Part shown: positions 62,955-64,000 of the stretch, in pieces | How the letters are laid out: the number at the start of each line of letters is the position of its first letter | Numbering within the stretch: the first letter of the stretch is position 1 | NCBI RefSeq assembly: GCF_035084215.1 | Contig: NC_090345.1 | Span: 3,906,001 to 3,970,000, forward strand | DNA length: 64,000 bases | Origin: Heptranchias perlo | Taxonomy: Eukaryota | Direction: 5' to 3' | Program-made: the position numbers and the translations under genes | Notes under the pieces: model-generated | Told to the model about the DNA's origin: nothing | The model's database searches: none | The model's input: only the letters and a program-made list of their open reading frames with translations

Positions 62955-64000
62955 GAGTCAACATGGCTTTGTCAAGGGAAGATCATGTCTGACTAATTTG
63001 ATTGAATTTTTTGAGGGGGTGACTAGGCGTGTGGATGAGGTATACATGGATTTCAGTAAGGCCTTCGATAAAGTCCCCCACAGGAGACTGGTCAAGAAGG
63101 TACGAGCCCATGGAATCCAGGGTGCCTTGGCACTTTGGATACAAAACTGGCTTAGTGGCAGAAGGCAGAGGGTGATGGTCGAAGGTTGTTTTTGTGACTG
63201 GAAGCCTGTGGCCAGTGGGGTACCACAGGGATCGGTGCTGGGTCCCTTGCTGTTTGTGGTCTACATTAATGACTTGGATATGAATGTAAAAGGTATGATC
63301 AGTAAGTTCGCTGATGATACAAAAATTGGTAGGGTGGTAAATAGCGAGGAGGATAGCCTCAGTCTGCAGGACGATATAGATGGGTTGGTCAGATGGGCGG
63401 AACAGTGGCAAATGGAATTTAACCCGGAAAAGTGCGAGGTGATGCACTTTGGAGGGACTAACAAGGCAAGGGAATACACAATGAATGGGAGGACCCTAGG
63501 CAAGACAGAGGGATCTTGGTGTGCAAGTTCACAGATCCCTGAAGGCGGCGGAACAGGTAGATAAGGTGGTAAAGAAGGCATATGGGATACTTGCCTTTAT
63601 TAGCCGAGGCATAGAATATAAGAGCAAGGAGGTTATGATGGAGCTGTATAAAACACTGGTTAGGCCACAGCTGGAGTACTGTGTGCAGTTCTGGTCGCCA
63701 CATTACAGGGAGGATGTGATCGCTTTGGAGAGGGTGCAGAGGAGATTCACCAGGATGTTACCAGGGCTGGAGCACTTCAGCTATGAAGAGAGACTGGGAA
63801 GATTGGGTTTGTTTTCCTCGGAGCAGAGGAGGCTGAAGGGGGACATGATTGAGGTGTACAAAATTATGAGGGGCACAGATAGGATGGATACTAAGGAGCT
63901 TTTTCCCTTCGTTGAGGGTTCTATAACAAGGGGACATAGATTCAAGGTAAAAGGCGGGAGGTTTAGAGGGGATTTGAGAAAGAACTTTTTCACCCAGAGG
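62955..64000 (+). mobile_element. CR1 LINE RT fragment running off the window end
   Basis: QHGFVKGRSCLTNL, VPQGSVLGP, FADD. Confidence 0.92.

Overview
Vertebrate genomic DNA, most likely a cartilaginous fish (shark-type Deu-domain SINEs and CR1 LINEs; inference). It contains four spliced genes reconstructed from GT-AG exons: the last two exons of FBXW4 (+), complete DPCD (-, 6 exons, 203 aa), complete POLL / DNA polymerase lambda (+, 7 coding exons, about 586 aa) sharing a bidirectional CpG promoter with DPCD, and the last four exons of OGA/MGEA5 (-). Introns are dense with CR1/L2 LINE fragments, three SINE families and minisatellites that each grew out of a retroelement fragment. The most striking object is a 3.3-kb retrotransposon in DPCD intron 4 (16090-19410, -). 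It has a tRNA-derived Pol III head fused directly to an endonuclease + reverse transcriptase ORF, no ORF1, no AUG before the end of the endonuclease domain, and no TTTT (Pol III terminator) anywhere on its sense strand. Short non-coding partners sharing its head and tail also occur in the window. It is a candidate Pol III-transcribed, protein-coding 'autonomous SINE'. Also notable are two internal duplications of POLL splice acceptors/exons and a gene order implying inversion of the POLL-FGF8 block relative to human. Repeat boundaries are approximate; family names come from recognition, not database searches.
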